A stretch of DNA of 63,918 bases, the filler included, from Limisphaerales bacterium (GTDB taxonomy: Bacteria > Verrucomicrobiota > Verrucomicrobiia > Limisphaerales > SIBE01), in NCBI GenBank assembly GCA_044225505.1. It is 4 parts of 4 records of this genome, joined end to end, with 100 filler letters (N's around TTAATTAATTAA, not from the genome) between each part and the next. Parts side by side here need not be neighbours in the genome. Positions count along the whole stretch, not along the records: positions 17,048 to 34,551 come from JBGAIN010000174.1; positions 34,652 to 51,821 come from JBGAIN010000175.1; 2 more parts are not named here. The stretch is one strand, 5' to 3'. Below are positions 30,483 through 40,242 of the stretch, in pieces. Under the pieces are notes generated by a model. The model saw nothing but the letters and a program-made list of their open reading frames with translations. It did no database searches and was not told the origin of the DNA. How positions within the stretch are numbered: position 1 is the first letter of the stretch; each line of letters opens with the position of its first letter. The translations under genes were made by a program, and so were the position numbers.

Positions 30483-30932
30483 ATGAGCGCGATCATCGAT
30501 TGGGTCAAAAACTATCCCATTCGCGACTTTGGCGAGGGTCATATCGTTCTCGAACAGGGTCAGCAATCCGGCGTGATGCTGGTTTTTATCTCGGGCAAAG
30601 TGGAAATCATACGAGACGGCGTTTCCGTCGCAACGGCCGCGCAGCCAGGCGTCGTCTTTGGCGAAATGTCTACCCTCTTGGGCGGACCCCTCACCGCCAC
30701 CGTCCGAGCGGTCGAGCCGTGCCAATGCGCCGAAATCGCCGAGCTACGGGCGTTTCTTCAAGATTGTCCCGAAGCAAGCTTGTTTGTCGCAGAACTCTTA
30801 GCGCGGCGCTTAAATGCGGTTACCCAATATCTGATCGATTTAAAGCGGCAATACGAGGGCCATGATCACATGGGGATGGTCGATGACGTCCTCGAAACTC
30901 TCATTCACTTGCCCCCGCGAGCTCGCCGTTGA
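30483..30932 (+). CDS. Stand-alone cyclic nucleotide-binding domain protein
   Basis: VLEQGQ, SGKVEI, PGVVFGEMS, TATVRA. Confidence 0.85.
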   Translation: MSAIIDWVKNYPIRDFGEGHIVLEQGQQSGVMLVFISGKVEIIRDGVSVATAAQPGVVFGEMSTLLGGPLTATVRAVEPCQCAEIAELRAFLQDCPEASLFVAELLARRLNAVTQYLIDLKRQYEGHDHMGMVDDVLETLIHLPPRARR

Positions 30933-30982
30933 CGCGATCGCCCCTCGCGAAACGCCTCTAAGCCCCAGACAAACGCTTTTTG

Positions 30983-31776
30983 TTAAACCTTCCGTTCAAA
31001 ATCAAAATCCTCTGCGTCTCGCGCCCACTCCAGACGTCGTGATCCGAGGATTTGGCCGGCCGTCCGCTGGAGATTATCCAAGTTTTCAATCCCATCACGC
31101 CCCAAGTGAATGAAGATGATCCGCTCAATACTTCGGGTTGTCAGGTATCGAAACAATTCATCCGGGGGGACGTGGGCGAGTTCACACACCAGGACGTCGA
31201 GCGGCTTGGCCAACAACGGGTCTAGGTCCTCAATTGCACCGATGTCCGCGCTATGCCCAATCCGCAGGTCACCCGTCTCGATAAGGAAAGAGAACGCTTC
31301 ATAACCTTGCGGATACTTACTTTGGAACCGGTTGCGGAAGTAAGCTAAATGGGTGGTCGGGTATGGGGTCACTTCCACTTGACCCGCCGAAAAAGAGACT
31401 CCGGCTTTCAAAGCGTGAAAGGTGAGGCGAAACGGAAGGATCTCGTCAAAGATGCAGGCACTCTGCAGCAACTGACGAATCAAAGGAATACCATCAGACG
31501 GTGCGTAGATGCGAAGTTCTTTGGTGCGACGTTCCAACCAAAAGCCTTGAATCAACATGAAAAGGCCGCCGACGTGATCGAAATGAAGATGCGAGATCAG
31601 AATCGTATCGATCGTATTGTAGTCCAGTCGGACGCTTTGTAACTGCGACTGATCGGCTCTCCGCAGTCCACCAAAATTGATTGATTCCCCAACCGGTAAA
31701 GAAAGGAAGAATGATTGCGTTCGGCGGATGGCCATCCATCCCCTACCCCGAAAGTCTTTAACGAGAAGCTGGGCAT
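30983..31776 (-). pseudogene. MBL-fold metallohydrolase (RNase Z-like), frameshifted
   Basis: N-part FGVGDGWP..ILVDCGE is in one frame and SHLHFDH..SADIG..CELAH..IHL in another. A 1-nt deletion at ~31629 (TCC G[G]A CTG GAC TAC) joins them. Confidence 0.8.
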
Positions 31777-32087
31777 GATTCCGGCGCCGACTTTGTCCAG
31801 CACCGTGGCCGTGACTTAAACCATTTCTATCTCGATGACGAGAGGAAAACGCGGCTCCTGCCTCAGACCCTGCGCGGGTCGAGATTCGTGCCAGCCGCAG
31901 CAGCCACCCCTCTGCGGAAACACCTCGTGCTGTTCAGCGGGCTGGAAAGGGCGGAGCTCCTGCGGCTGGCCTGATGATACAGCCGCGGTCCGTAATCCAA
32001 CCCTGTTTCAATCACACCCAGGCCATCCTTCCCAGGAACTCCAGCCGTGCATTTCTGGGGGTTCCAGGGCAGAATCCTGGCCAGCGT

Positions 32088-32786
32088 ATGTTGGAATCGT
32101 TAAAAGAAAGCGTCTGCCAAGCCAATTTAGACCTCGTCAAAGAAGGGCTCGTCGTTGAGACCTGGGGAAACGCGAGCGGCATCGATCGCCAAAAAGGCCT
32201 GGTGGTCATCAAACCCTCCGGCGTTCCTTACGCCGGGATGAAACCCAAGCACATGGTCGTGCTCGAAGTTGAAACCGGACGCGTGGTGGAAGGATCTCTT
32301 AATCCCAGCTCGGACTCTCCTACCCACCTCGTCCTTTACCGATCCTTTGCGGATGTGGGGGGAGTAGTTCACACTCACAGCCTCTACGCGACCGCTTGGG
32401 CGCAAGCGCAGAAGTCAATTCCCTCCTACGGGACCACTCAGGCGGATTACTGGTATGGCGAAGTCCCCTGCACCCGGTTATTACGACCGCAAGAGATCCG
32501 GAAAGACTACGAAGCGAACACCGGGCACGTCATTGTCGAACGGTTCGCGAAACTCGACCCGCTCCAACACCCGGCCGTTCTGGTCGCCAGCCATGGTCCG
32601 TTCACTTGGGGCAAAGACGTTGCCAGCGCGGTGCGAAATGCCGTGGTCCTGGAATTCGTCGCCCGCTTGGCCAGCGAGACCCTGCGGATTCAGCCGCGCG
32701 TCAAGCCGATGCAACCGGTCTTGCTCGACAAACACTTTCTTAGAAAGCACGGTCCGACGGCCTATTACGGGCAAAAGGGCCGCTAA
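32088..32786 (+). CDS. araD: L-ribulose-5-phosphate 4-epimerase
   Basis: TWGNASG, IKPSGVPY, PSSDSPTH, VHTHS, HGPFTWG, KHFLRKHGPTAYYGQ. Confidence 0.95.
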   Translation: MLESLKESVCQANLDLVKEGLVVETWGNASGIDRQKGLVVIKPSGVPYAGMKPKHMVVLEVETGRVVEGSLNPSSDSPTHLVLYRSFADVGGVVHTHSLYATAWAQAQKSIPSYGTTQADYWYGEVPCTRLLRPQEIRKDYEANTGHVIVERFAKLDPLQHPAVLVASHGPFTWGKDVASAVRNAVVLEFVARLASETLRIQPRVKPMQPVLLDKHFLRKHGPTAYYGQKGR

Positions 32787-32870
32787 CTCCGCTCCTTCTT
32801 GGGAATCTCCAATAAACTCGGAAGCCACTCGCGACGACGCGCATAGGACCCGATTGCACTCCTCCCCGCC

Positions 32871-32947
32871 TGATCCTCCAGTGATCCTCCAGTGATCCTC
32901 CAGTGATCCTCCAGTGATCCTCCAGTGATCCTCCAGTGATCCTCCAG
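32871..32947 (+). repeat. Perfect tandem repeat (TGATCCTCCAG)x7
   Basis: Seven exact 11-bp units, intergenic, downstream of araD. Confidence 0.97.
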
Positions 32948-33298
32948 TAAGGAAGCGAGGGATTTACTAGGATCTGACAGGGCATCCGGGGAGATCGCGC
33001 CGTGATCTTCCGAGCTCGCGGACGCTTTCCGCCTTGCTGTCCCGATCCCCGCCAGTTCTCCGCACCTAACCGTGCCTCCGATCCATCCACGATCGCCGCT
33101 GCGACCCCAGCGCTTCGTCGAGCCGAGGCCGCTCTAGAAAGATACAAATCTCTGATTAACAATGATAAACGACGTATCCAAAGCGGCCACTCTAGCCTCC
33201 TCTCGCGATCCATCGATGAGCAAATGACATTTTGCATACCCTGATTGCTGAGCAAACCTGATTGACAGTAGGCTCATTTCCTGCTTCCATTTTCACCC

Positions 33299-33712
33299 GT
33301 GAATGTGACCGAATCCGCTTCACTCTTGTGCTGGGACGCCCAAGCTGTCTCTCAGGACGGGGCACGCCCCTACCCTACCCGGTCCCTTTCGCGCCACACG
33401 TTCCGCGCACTCTTCTGTGAACGTTTTCGGTGTCCTCTAGAAGAGTTTGAAAATCAGATGTTTGCACGGTGTTCAACCAAACGTCTGTTTCTTTTGGCCG
33501 ATGCCTTGCAGGTTTTGAATCCCCACTTTTTTCGGGAGGACCTGGGTTTGATCGCAGATCTGGCGACCGCATGTTCTCACGCTGAGGTGCGGATGGAGTT
33601 GGACCGCTTTCGAGGGCGAAACCTGCGTGACAAGAACTGGTTACGACGCAAGCTGTCGTTGCGCATTTCCGGTAAACGAGTCTTGCGCTTGTCGAAGCAG
33701 CTGTTCGGCTAA
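33299..33712 (+). CDS. Hypothetical protein
   Basis: 137-aa ORF with a TTGACA ~35 bp upstream; TFRALFCERF...RISGKRV. Confidence 0.6.
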   Translation: MNVTESASLLCWDAQAVSQDGARPYPTRSLSRHTFRALFCERFRCPLEEFENQMFARCSTKRLFLLADALQVLNPHFFREDLGLIADLATACSHAEVRMELDRFRGRNLRDKNWLRRKLSLRISGKRVLRLSKQLFG

Positions 33713-33868
33713 GTCTAAATCGGTCAATCGGTTACGTCTTCCGTCGCCGCAGTGTGATCCTAACTTGGAAACTCCTTGCGATAAGCCATTAGCGGTAAAA
33801 TCCACCAAGACTTTCAGGACGATTCGTTCGGCTGAATGAAAGGTTTCGTCCGCTGCGCAACACCGGTT

Positions 33869-33887
33869 TGGAGACAAAACGTCACCA
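33869..33887. promoter_or_regulatory. Palindrome TGGTGAC-N5-GTCACCA, copy 3 (1 mismatch)
   Basis: TGGAGAC AAAAC GTCACCA, located between convergent genes. Confidence 0.45.
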
Positions 33888-33997
33888 GCGGCTGAAGGAT
33901 TTGGGAACGGTCCGTTCCCAAACCAAGCTTCAATTGCGACTTGTCGCACACGCGGTTCACAACCTGTGCGAAGGATAGTAGCTTAGTCATTGCGCTC

Positions 33998-34033
33998 CAG
34001 CGTCTTGAAGTGCCCCAGCCCTCTGGAGCTTTG
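33998..34033. repeat. REP-like element related to 906-949 (inverted)
   Basis: Reverse complement reads CAAAGCTCCAGAGGGCTGGGGCACTTCAAGACGCTG versus AACAGCGGCGGAGGGCCGCCGCACTCCAAAACCTG. Confidence 0.4.
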
Positions 34034-34059
34034 GCATGAAACGCCTGCGAAGACACGGC

Positions 34060-34551
34060 TCAGAGACCGGGCTGAAGTTGCACTCGGTAAAACCGGTTTG
34101 CCCAATGGCCTCGCCCACCGTCCTGAAACTGGCAAACCCCATTTGTCGCCGTCGTTTGTGTGCCGAGAACCGTCCAATCCACCAGGTTGGTCGAAGTGAA
34201 CAACCGAATGGTTTGCCCCGCTTGAAAGACACACTCGAGCTGGGCTGCTTGATCTGAGAGGCTAATCAAGGCCAGTTTCGGCGCCAGTTCAAAGGATCCA
34301 ATGTCAACCCCTAGTCCCTGTGGCCTAGGTATCCCGCGCTGATCGAGCGGGGGAGAGGCCGCACTATCGGCCGCGTCGATTGCTGGACTGCCTGGCAAAA
34401 GCGCCATCGTTGGAGTGAGGCCACCGTCGTCTTGCAGCGGACCGAGGAGTGGATCGGTGTCGTTGCGGCTGGTGGGAGCGGTCAGGCCCGCGCTGTTATC
34501 TGAGCACAGGTTGTGACCACCGTCGTGGATCAGGCCGGTCACGTTGGTTTG
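34060..34551 (-). CDS. 3' fragment of a choice-of-anchor Q domain surface protein
   Basis: DPLLGPLQDDGGLTPTMALLPGSPAIDAA..DQRG.PRP..DIGSFE, then a TSTNLVDW..RFYRV terminal module; truncated by the gap. Confidence 0.85.
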   Translation of the reverse strand, partial: QTNVTGLIHDGGHNLCSDNSAGLTAPTSRNDTDPLLGPLQDDGGLTPTMALLPGSPAIDAADSAASPPLDQRGIPRPQGLGVDIGSFELAPKLALISLSDQAAQLECVFQAGQTIRLFTSTNLVDWTVLGTQTTATNGVCQFQDGGRGHWANRFYRVQLQPGL

Positions 34552-34651
34552 NNNNNNNNNNNNNNNNNNNNNNNNNNNNNNNNNNNNNNNNNNNNTTAAT
34601 TAATTAANNNNNNNNNNNNNNNNNNNNNNNNNNNNNNNNNNNNNNNNNNNN
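34552..34651. other. Artificial contig linker
   Basis: N run with TTAATTAATTAA. Confidence 0.99.
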
Positions 34652-34841
34652 ATCCGGGCGGCCCGCTGAGAAGAATGTGATCGAGAGGTTCGCCGCGACC
34701 CTTAGCTGCCTGAACCGCGATTTCCAAACGCTCCTTCACTTTGGCTTGACCGGTAAAATCCGTGAACAAGGAGGGGCGCAGCGTCATTTCTAACGCAGCG
34801 TCCGGCTTGGTCAAAACGTCTGAAACGAGTCGTTCCGGCAT
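34652..34841 (-). CDS. ruvB: Holliday junction helicase RuvB, 5' fragment
   Basis: [30 protein letters not shown]; truncated by the gap. Confidence 0.92.
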
Positions 34842-34934
34842 CGTTACCAACATGGTGGAAGCTCATGCCATCGACAAGGGGAAACGGTAGACGCCTCCCA
34901 CCCGCTTGAGGCAAGCATCGTCCGGTCACGGCGG

Positions 34935-35681
34935 TTACCGATTCGGCTCAGTCAGTGGGAACGCCGCCTGATCCGGTAGAGCGGTCCGCTTCATCAGGTC
35001 GATAAGCGTGATTTTCTGCCAGACTTTTCGGGAGATCCCGATGGTTAAATCCTCAAGATCGTCCACCGCATCCAGAACGACGGAGTCCTGAAAATCCTGA
35101 ACGTACAACGCGGCAATCTTGCTCATCAGGGAAAGCGCTTCGCTGCAGTACTCAAGATATCGACTGAGTTCGAATGGGCTGAGTGTTCGTTTGGGAGACG
35201 ATGCCGTATCCACGCCCACCCGAAAGGCCCGCTCGGGATCTTTGGTGAGTTGGTGCATGTCTACAATATGAGCCATGGCGCGTAATTCGTGGATGGCCCT
35301 CAAGGCGCGCCCTCGTTTCAAACGCGTTTCCCAGGTGATTAAGAAAACAATGGCGGCACCAATGTAAACGATCGAACTAATTCCCGCGTCCAAAGCTTGG
35401 ATGAAATTGGCAAATTCCGTGAGGCGCAACTCGCGATAGTTGAAGAGCATTCCCAGAAAAACGGCAATGATGGCGACCGTTAACGTCCACATGCCCACGC
35501 GCAGTGGCAAGTGAGGTTTTTGGATCCAAGCCATCCGGGAAATCGTCTCGTTCGCGACCTGATGCAAGTCGGCCACGAGGCGACTTAGGCTTGAGCCTGG
35601 AAAACGCTCCGAGATGCGAACCTCAAGCGCGGCCACCGTTTCCACGATTCGAACGGAATCGAGATGGCGATAGGTCGTCAT
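34935..35681 (-). CDS. Hypothetical membrane protein (2 TM)
   Basis: 248-aa ORF abutting the upstream permease; HELRAMAHIVDMHQLTKDP, RYLEYCSE. Confidence 0.8.
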   Translation of the reverse strand: MTTYRHLDSVRIVETVAALEVRISERFPGSSLSRLVADLHQVANETISRMAWIQKPHLPLRVGMWTLTVAIIAVFLGMLFNYRELRLTEFANFIQALDAGISSIVYIGAAIVFLITWETRLKRGRALRAIHELRAMAHIVDMHQLTKDPERAFRVGVDTASSPKRTLSPFELSRYLEYCSEALSLMSKIAALYVQDFQDSVVLDAVDDLEDLTIGISRKVWQKITLIDLMKRTALPDQAAFPLTEPNR

Positions 35682-36587
35682 TCAAAGGCAGGCGCTCGAA
35701 GGCGTTCTGCCGAACCGCGACGAGTGAGTCAAGGCACTCCAGAGGTGTTTTCCGGCAAAAACGATCGTGTAGAGGATTCCGAGTAAGGCCACGTCCGTCG
35801 GTCCAACCGGGAGGTCTAGTCGGTAGGCGATGTAAAAGCCCACCAGTGCGCCCAGCCCACCCACTCCGGAAGCCAAAAGCGCGAACTGTCGCATATTGCG
35901 CGCCAGGATGTGCGCAATCAATGGAGGGATCAATAAGAAGCCGAAAGAAACGAGCGGTCCAACACTTAAGACGGCCATGGAGATGGTCAGGCCAATGAGC
36001 AGGAAAAGGAATGCGTCCCAGGCCGCGGCGCGCTTTCTCAAGGTAATCGCCATCTCCCGATCAAAGGAAATCAAGAGAAACTCTTTTTGAAACACAATGA
36101 GGCCAAGGGCGACCACGAGGAACGCCACAGCCGAGCGAGTCAGATCGGTATTCGATACGGCGATAATCTCACCTTTGAGCATATCCAGGAGACCATGTTC
36201 GCCCAGGGGATTCGTGACCAGGAGGAGAATACTCCACGCTCCGGAGAGCGCATAGAGGGTCCCCATGCGCCCTTCCGCAGACCCGCCGCCACGGCGCACG
36301 AGCACGGAGAGCAAAAGGATCGTCGGCACCGTAAAAAGGGTTGCTCCTAAGAACGCCAGGTGATGCTCGCTTTCATGAATATGCGGCAAAATGCCCCAGG
36401 CCTGCAAAGCAAAGGCAAAGGCAATCCCGCAAGATGAAACTTGCGGCAGCGCGACCCCCATAAAAATCAGCCTGCGCACCACCAGATACACTCCGACGAG
36501 CGGACAGACCATTCCGACCAGAAGGCTGACGTAGATAGAATTGCGGAGCAGGAATTGCGGGGAAAGAATCTCGCGCCAAGTCTCCAT
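35682..36587 (-). CDS. Metal (Zn/Mn) ABC permease, ZnuB/MntB type
   Basis: VGVYLVVRRLIFMGVALPQ, KEFLLISFDRE, DLPVGPT. Confidence 0.9.
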   Translation of the reverse strand: METWREILSPQFLLRNSIYVSLLVGMVCPLVGVYLVVRRLIFMGVALPQVSSCGIAFAFALQAWGILPHIHESEHHLAFLGATLFTVPTILLLSVLVRRGGGSAEGRMGTLYALSGAWSILLLVTNPLGEHGLLDMLKGEIIAVSNTDLTRSAVAFLVVALGLIVFQKEFLLISFDREMAITLRKRAAAWDAFLFLLIGLTISMAVLSVGPLVSFGFLLIPPLIAHILARNMRQFALLASGVGGLGALVGFYIAYRLDLPVGPTDVALLGILYTIVFAGKHLWSALTHSSRFGRTPSSACL

Positions 36588-36588
36588 A

Positions 36589-37308
36589 TCAACTGAGTTC
36601 CAAGTGAAGGATCTCTTCGATTTTGCTCTGTTTGAGAAGCTCTTCGACCGGGCCAAGCAACACCGCGCCCTGATGAAGCCAGATTACTTCCTGGGCATAC
36701 CGCCGCACCGTGTTCAAGTCGTGGCTAACCATCAGGATGGTCAGGCGCTCCTCTTTGTTTAATTGCGCGAGCAGACTCATGATGGCCTGGCTCGCGCTGG
36801 CATCGATGCCGGAAATGGGTTCGTCGAGCAGCAGAAGGTTCGGCTTCGCCGCCAAGGCCCGGGCTAACAACACCCGCTGTTTTTGACCGCCGGAGAGCTG
36901 GGAAAAGAGCCGCGTTGCCAAGTCGGCCGCGCCGGCATGTTTGAGACACTCTCGCGCCCAATCCCGTTCGAGTTTGCCCACACGACGTCCGGCGCCGACT
37001 CGCCCGCATACTCCCATCAAGACCACTTCATAACTGGACAGGAGAAAGACCGGATCGAGCGACTCTCGTTGTGGGACGTATCCCAACACCAAAGGCGGGC
37101 CGTTCGGTGAACCCAAACTGATCCGGCCGGCTAGGGGCTCATAAATGCCCAGAATCGTTTTGAGTAACGTGGATTTTCCGGACCCATTGGCTCCGAGCAA
37201 GCCGGTAAAAGACCCCGATCGCAGCTCGAAATTGATGTCTTTCAGAATGACGGTGTGCCCGTAACCAACGGCGACGCCCCTCAGTTGCAGCAAGGCGGAT
37301 TCGCTCAC
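36589..37308 (-). CDS. Metal ABC ATP-binding protein, ZnuC type
   Basis: GANGSGKST, GYVPQ, LSGGQKQR, LDEP, VSHD. Confidence 0.93.
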   Translation of the reverse strand: MSESALLQLRGVAVGYGHTVILKDINFELRSGSFTGLLGANGSGKSTLLKTILGIYEPLAGRISLGSPNGPPLVLGYVPQRESLDPVFLLSSYEVVLMGVCGRVGAGRRVGKLERDWARECLKHAGAADLATRLFSQLSGGQKQRVLLARALAAKPNLLLLDEPISGIDASASQAIMSLLAQLNKEERLTILMVSHDLNTVRRYAQEVIWLHQGAVLLGPVEELLKQSKIEEILHLELS

Positions 37309-38216
37309 GGCAGCCCCTTTAGCGCCGTGGTCAACTGGGTGACGATGTAGTCGAACAGCGAAATAGTCTCCCGGGCTTGTGCGTTCCCTTCGACCTTCTC
37401 CGGCAACACCAGCAGTTTCGCGTTCAGCGCCTGCGCGATGTACTCGGGAATTTTGCGAGGACGATAGGGTTCGATAATAATCAGCTTGATCCCGCTTTTC
37501 TGCAAACGCTGGATCAGGCCGTTGATATAGGATGGGGATGGCTCCAGGCCTGGCTTGGCTTCGATCGTTCCCGCTAGCTCAAACCCAAAACGATCGAAAA
37601 AGTAGTCGAACGATCGGTGATAGCTCACGACTTTCGTCCCGCGAAATGGGGCCAAAGACTTCTGCCACTCCGCGACCTTGGAGGCCAGTTTCTGATGGAA
37701 GACTGCTAGATTTGCTTGGAACGCAGCCGCGTTGGCTGGATCCAATGTTGCGAACCGTTCCGCGATCACTTGGGCGATGATTTTGTCATTCTCTGGGTCC
37801 AACCAAAAGTGCGGATTGCCCAACGGGTGGATGTCGCCCATAGATCGATCGATGGGACCGGTGGGGATTTCCGACAAGTGCAGGAATTGTCCGAGCACCA
37901 AATGCCCGGGCGCGTCAGCCAGGATCTTGGAGTTGCGGGCGCCGTTGACTAACGGGGGCAACCAGCCGACTTCCAATTCGGCTCCTCCCTCGATCAGGAC
38001 GTCTGCCTGATTGAGGACTCGGACGAAGCTCGGCTTGGCGTCCACGAAGTGCGAGTCTTCAGTGCCTTTGGCAATACTGGTGACTTTCACGTTATTGCCG
38101 CCGATGGCCTGTGCAATCGCACCGAAATCTGTGATCGTGGCCACCACGTTGAGTTTGGCTTGAAGCGATGACGAACAAGCTAGACAGAGCAGGCCCGCCC
38201 AAAAATGTCGATTCAT
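37305..38216 (-). CDS. Metal ABC substrate-binding protein, ZnuA type
   Basis: Signal peptide, DSHF, GDIHPLGNPHFWLDP, YHRSFDYF, IEAKPG. Confidence 0.93.
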   Translation of the reverse strand: MNRHFWAGLLCLACSSSLQAKLNVVATITDFGAIAQAIGGNNVKVTSIAKGTEDSHFVDAKPSFVRVLNQADVLIEGGAELEVGWLPPLVNGARNSKILADAPGHLVLGQFLHLSEIPTGPIDRSMGDIHPLGNPHFWLDPENDKIIAQVIAERFATLDPANAAAFQANLAVFHQKLASKVAEWQKSLAPFRGTKVVSYHRSFDYFFDRFGFELAGTIEAKPGLEPSPSYINGLIQRLQKSGIKLIIIEPYRPRKIPEYIAQALNAKLLVLPEKVEGNAQARETISLFDYIVTQLTTALKGLP

Positions 38217-38220
38217 AGAT

Positions 38221-39684
38221 TTAAAAATTGTGGGCCGCATGACTGCCCAACAAGAACTCTAGTTGCAGCCAGACGGAATGGTCATCCCCGATTTTTTGCC
38301 GGTGGTCGAAGTTATACTGCAATCGTACCTTGGAGAACTCACTGGGGTACCACGTCAGATTCGGTGCGATGCGCCAGCGCGTCGCTCGGTCCCAATCCGT
38401 TCCTAAAACGCGTTCATACTCGCCTGCTTCCTCGGGAAACACATAGTCCCAGCGCAAAGCGGACACCCATCCCTTGCGAAAGCCGTAAGCCACCTGCGAG
38501 TACATCCCGAAATCAACCAATGTTTCGCTTGGCAACGGGGGAACGGTCGCATCCCCTGGAAACTCACCGGCTTGGAAACGGCGCATCATCGCTTCGGTCT
38601 GCCAGGTAACAAACGGAAAACCAGCGTTCTGATGTGGCGATTTCCATTTCCAGAACAGGTCTACTCCGTAGATCTGGGTGTCGGCATTACTTCCGCTGCT
38701 ATTTGGACCAAAGGCAGCGGAAGCGCCCGCCATCAAGGTTTGGGAATCGGTTAGGTCGAAAGACGCGACGTAGCGCGGCACAAACAGCATGTCTCCAACG
38801 GTTTTCACGCGGTCGTTTGAGGCCGGGCGACCGAAGAACGGAGCTCCTTCATGCTCGTTGCGAAAGCTAAAGGCAGTTTCACCCTGACTGTTCGCTACCG
38901 CGAAGAGCAACTCCGAATAGAAAGGAGTTGGCAGGAGCCACGAAAGCCTGGCCCCAGCACTGCGCAATCCATCTCCACCCAAAAACCGCCCATTGACGAT
39001 CGGCTGATCGACGAAGTCCCAACTGTGCGGGTGCGTCGGATTGAGTCGGCCGAACTCTGTGAAAAACTGTCCTGCCTTTAGCTGCAGATTGCCGGGCAGC
39101 GCCATCGTCTCCAGATAGGCTTCCTCCGCTTCGATGACGGTCTCACCTTCAGAGTCAATTTGAAGGACGACGTTCGCTTGCCCGCGGAAATAGGGGTCGA
39201 TTTTCCCCTCAAAAACGGCTTCGAGGTTTTGCAGCGTAAAGCCGCGTTGACTGGGATCGTGGCCGCCGAGTTCCAGTCGATCGATGTCGCTAGCCGTGGA
39301 AGTGCCCGCCGTGAACAGACCATCCAAAGAAAGGTTCAAGTAATTGCGCTGGTTTCCCAGCAGCGGTAGCGCACTCGTGGGCGTCCACTTCGGGGTGGAA
39401 ATCACTTCGGGCTTTGCCGATTCCAATTCCGGCGGGGAGGCCGCCAGCGGGGGGGCGGCTGCGGCCGTTACCGCATTGGTCCCGTATTTCGTCTGCAATG
39501 AGTCGAGCTGCCTTTGTAGGGATTCGATTTGTTGCTGTTGTTGTGCCTGAACGCGTCGAAAGGTTTCCTGCAAATCCTGCAATTGCTTGCGTAAGCCGTT
39601 GAGATTTTCTGCTTCCTGGGCCGGGGTCGAAGCGACCCCGAGGTAAAATACCGTCAGTACTGCGGTCCATTGAAAGGTTTTCAT
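38221..39684 (-). CDS. Outer-membrane beta-barrel (zinc-uptake-associated receptor/porin)
   Basis: Signal peptide, coiled coil, EEAYL, FGRLNPTHPHSWDFVD, PSEFSKVRLQY, C-terminal GSHAAHNF. Confidence 0.8.
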   Translation of the reverse strand: MKTFQWTAVLTVFYLGVASTPAQEAENLNGLRKQLQDLQETFRRVQAQQQQQIESLQRQLDSLQTKYGTNAVTAAAAPPLAASPPELESAKPEVISTPKWTPTSALPLLGNQRNYLNLSLDGLFTAGTSTASDIDRLELGGHDPSQRGFTLQNLEAVFEGKIDPYFRGQANVVLQIDSEGETVIEAEEAYLETMALPGNLQLKAGQFFTEFGRLNPTHPHSWDFVDQPIVNGRFLGGDGLRSAGARLSWLLPTPFYSELLFAVANSQGETAFSFRNEHEGAPFFGRPASNDRVKTVGDMLFVPRYVASFDLTDSQTLMAGASAAFGPNSSGSNADTQIYGVDLFWKWKSPHQNAGFPFVTWQTEAMMRRFQAGEFPGDATVPPLPSETLVDFGMYSQVAYGFRKGWVSALRWDYVFPEEAGEYERVLGTDWDRATRWRIAPNLTWYPSEFSKVRLQYNFDHRQKIGDDHSVWLQLEFLLGSHAAHNF

Positions 39685-39777
39685 TGCTGCTCTCGAATAG
39701 CACAAACACCGTTTGTGCAAATTAGTCCGTGATCCAGTTCTCGATCTGCGGCCCGCGATGGCGCCGCACCTGACAGA

Positions 39778-40101
39778 CTAAGAACGGGAAAGGGGAGGAG
39801 CTCGTTCGGGCGGCCGCTGGAAGGCGATTTGGTCTGGCCACGCCTCGTGCGGGCGAAGCGTGCAATCGATCAGCCGCTCGGTGCACGGGCTTGAGTCCAG
39901 GGAGGTATCCGAAACGGCTACGGCGCTGTGGGCAAACAGGCAAATCAGGCAAGAATGTTTCCCAGCCTTATCAACGGGAGGATGCCTGTCCGAGTGGGCC
40001 GGACTTACCGTCAGGACTGTGCTGATCAACACAAGAAAAACCAAGAGCACAGCGAGGGCTGACTCTGCCACAGCACGGAAGGTCTTTCTTTGCAGTTGCA
40101 A
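39778..40101 (-). CDS. DUF2946/CruR-like leader peptide (TM-CxxC-RAPP)
   Basis: Hydrophobic N-terminal segment, HSCLICLFAH and C-terminal PPERAPP, immediately upstream of the metal-uptake operon. Start is uncertain. Confidence 0.75.
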   Translation of the reverse strand: MQLQRKTFRAVAESALAVLLVFLVLISTVLTVSPAHSDRHPPVDKAGKHSCLICLFAHSAVAVSDTSLDSSPCTERLIDCTLRPHEAWPDQIAFQRPPERAPPLSRS

Positions 40102-40190
40102 GCCTTTTCCTACTCAAGCAGAACAGGTCGACCGCTGCAACGTTTTTCCCTGCGCCATTCCCAGCGCCGAATTGCATCCCGACAGAGTTC

Positions 40191-40211
40191 GTGACACCTT
40201 AACTGTGTCAC
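40191..40211. promoter_or_regulatory. Inverted repeat GTGACAC-N7-GTGTCAC in a divergent promoter region
   Basis: Perfect 7-bp arms between the RAPP leader and ORF 40243. Confidence 0.3.
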
Positions 40212-40242
40212 CTGGAATGCAGCGATAAAACCTGCTGTGCCT

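Noticed and set aside
32871..32947. Possible CRISPR array
   Set aside because: The 11-bp units are contiguous with no spacers, and there are no cas genes.
32740..33255. ORF with repeated HWRITGGSLED peptide
   Set aside because: Translation artefact of the 11-bp tandem repeat.
40088..40101. CTTGCAGTTGCAAG near-palindrome as a Zur box
   Set aside because: The spacing is shorter than Fur/Zur-type boxes I know and it overlaps the leader ORF start, so it cannot be supported.
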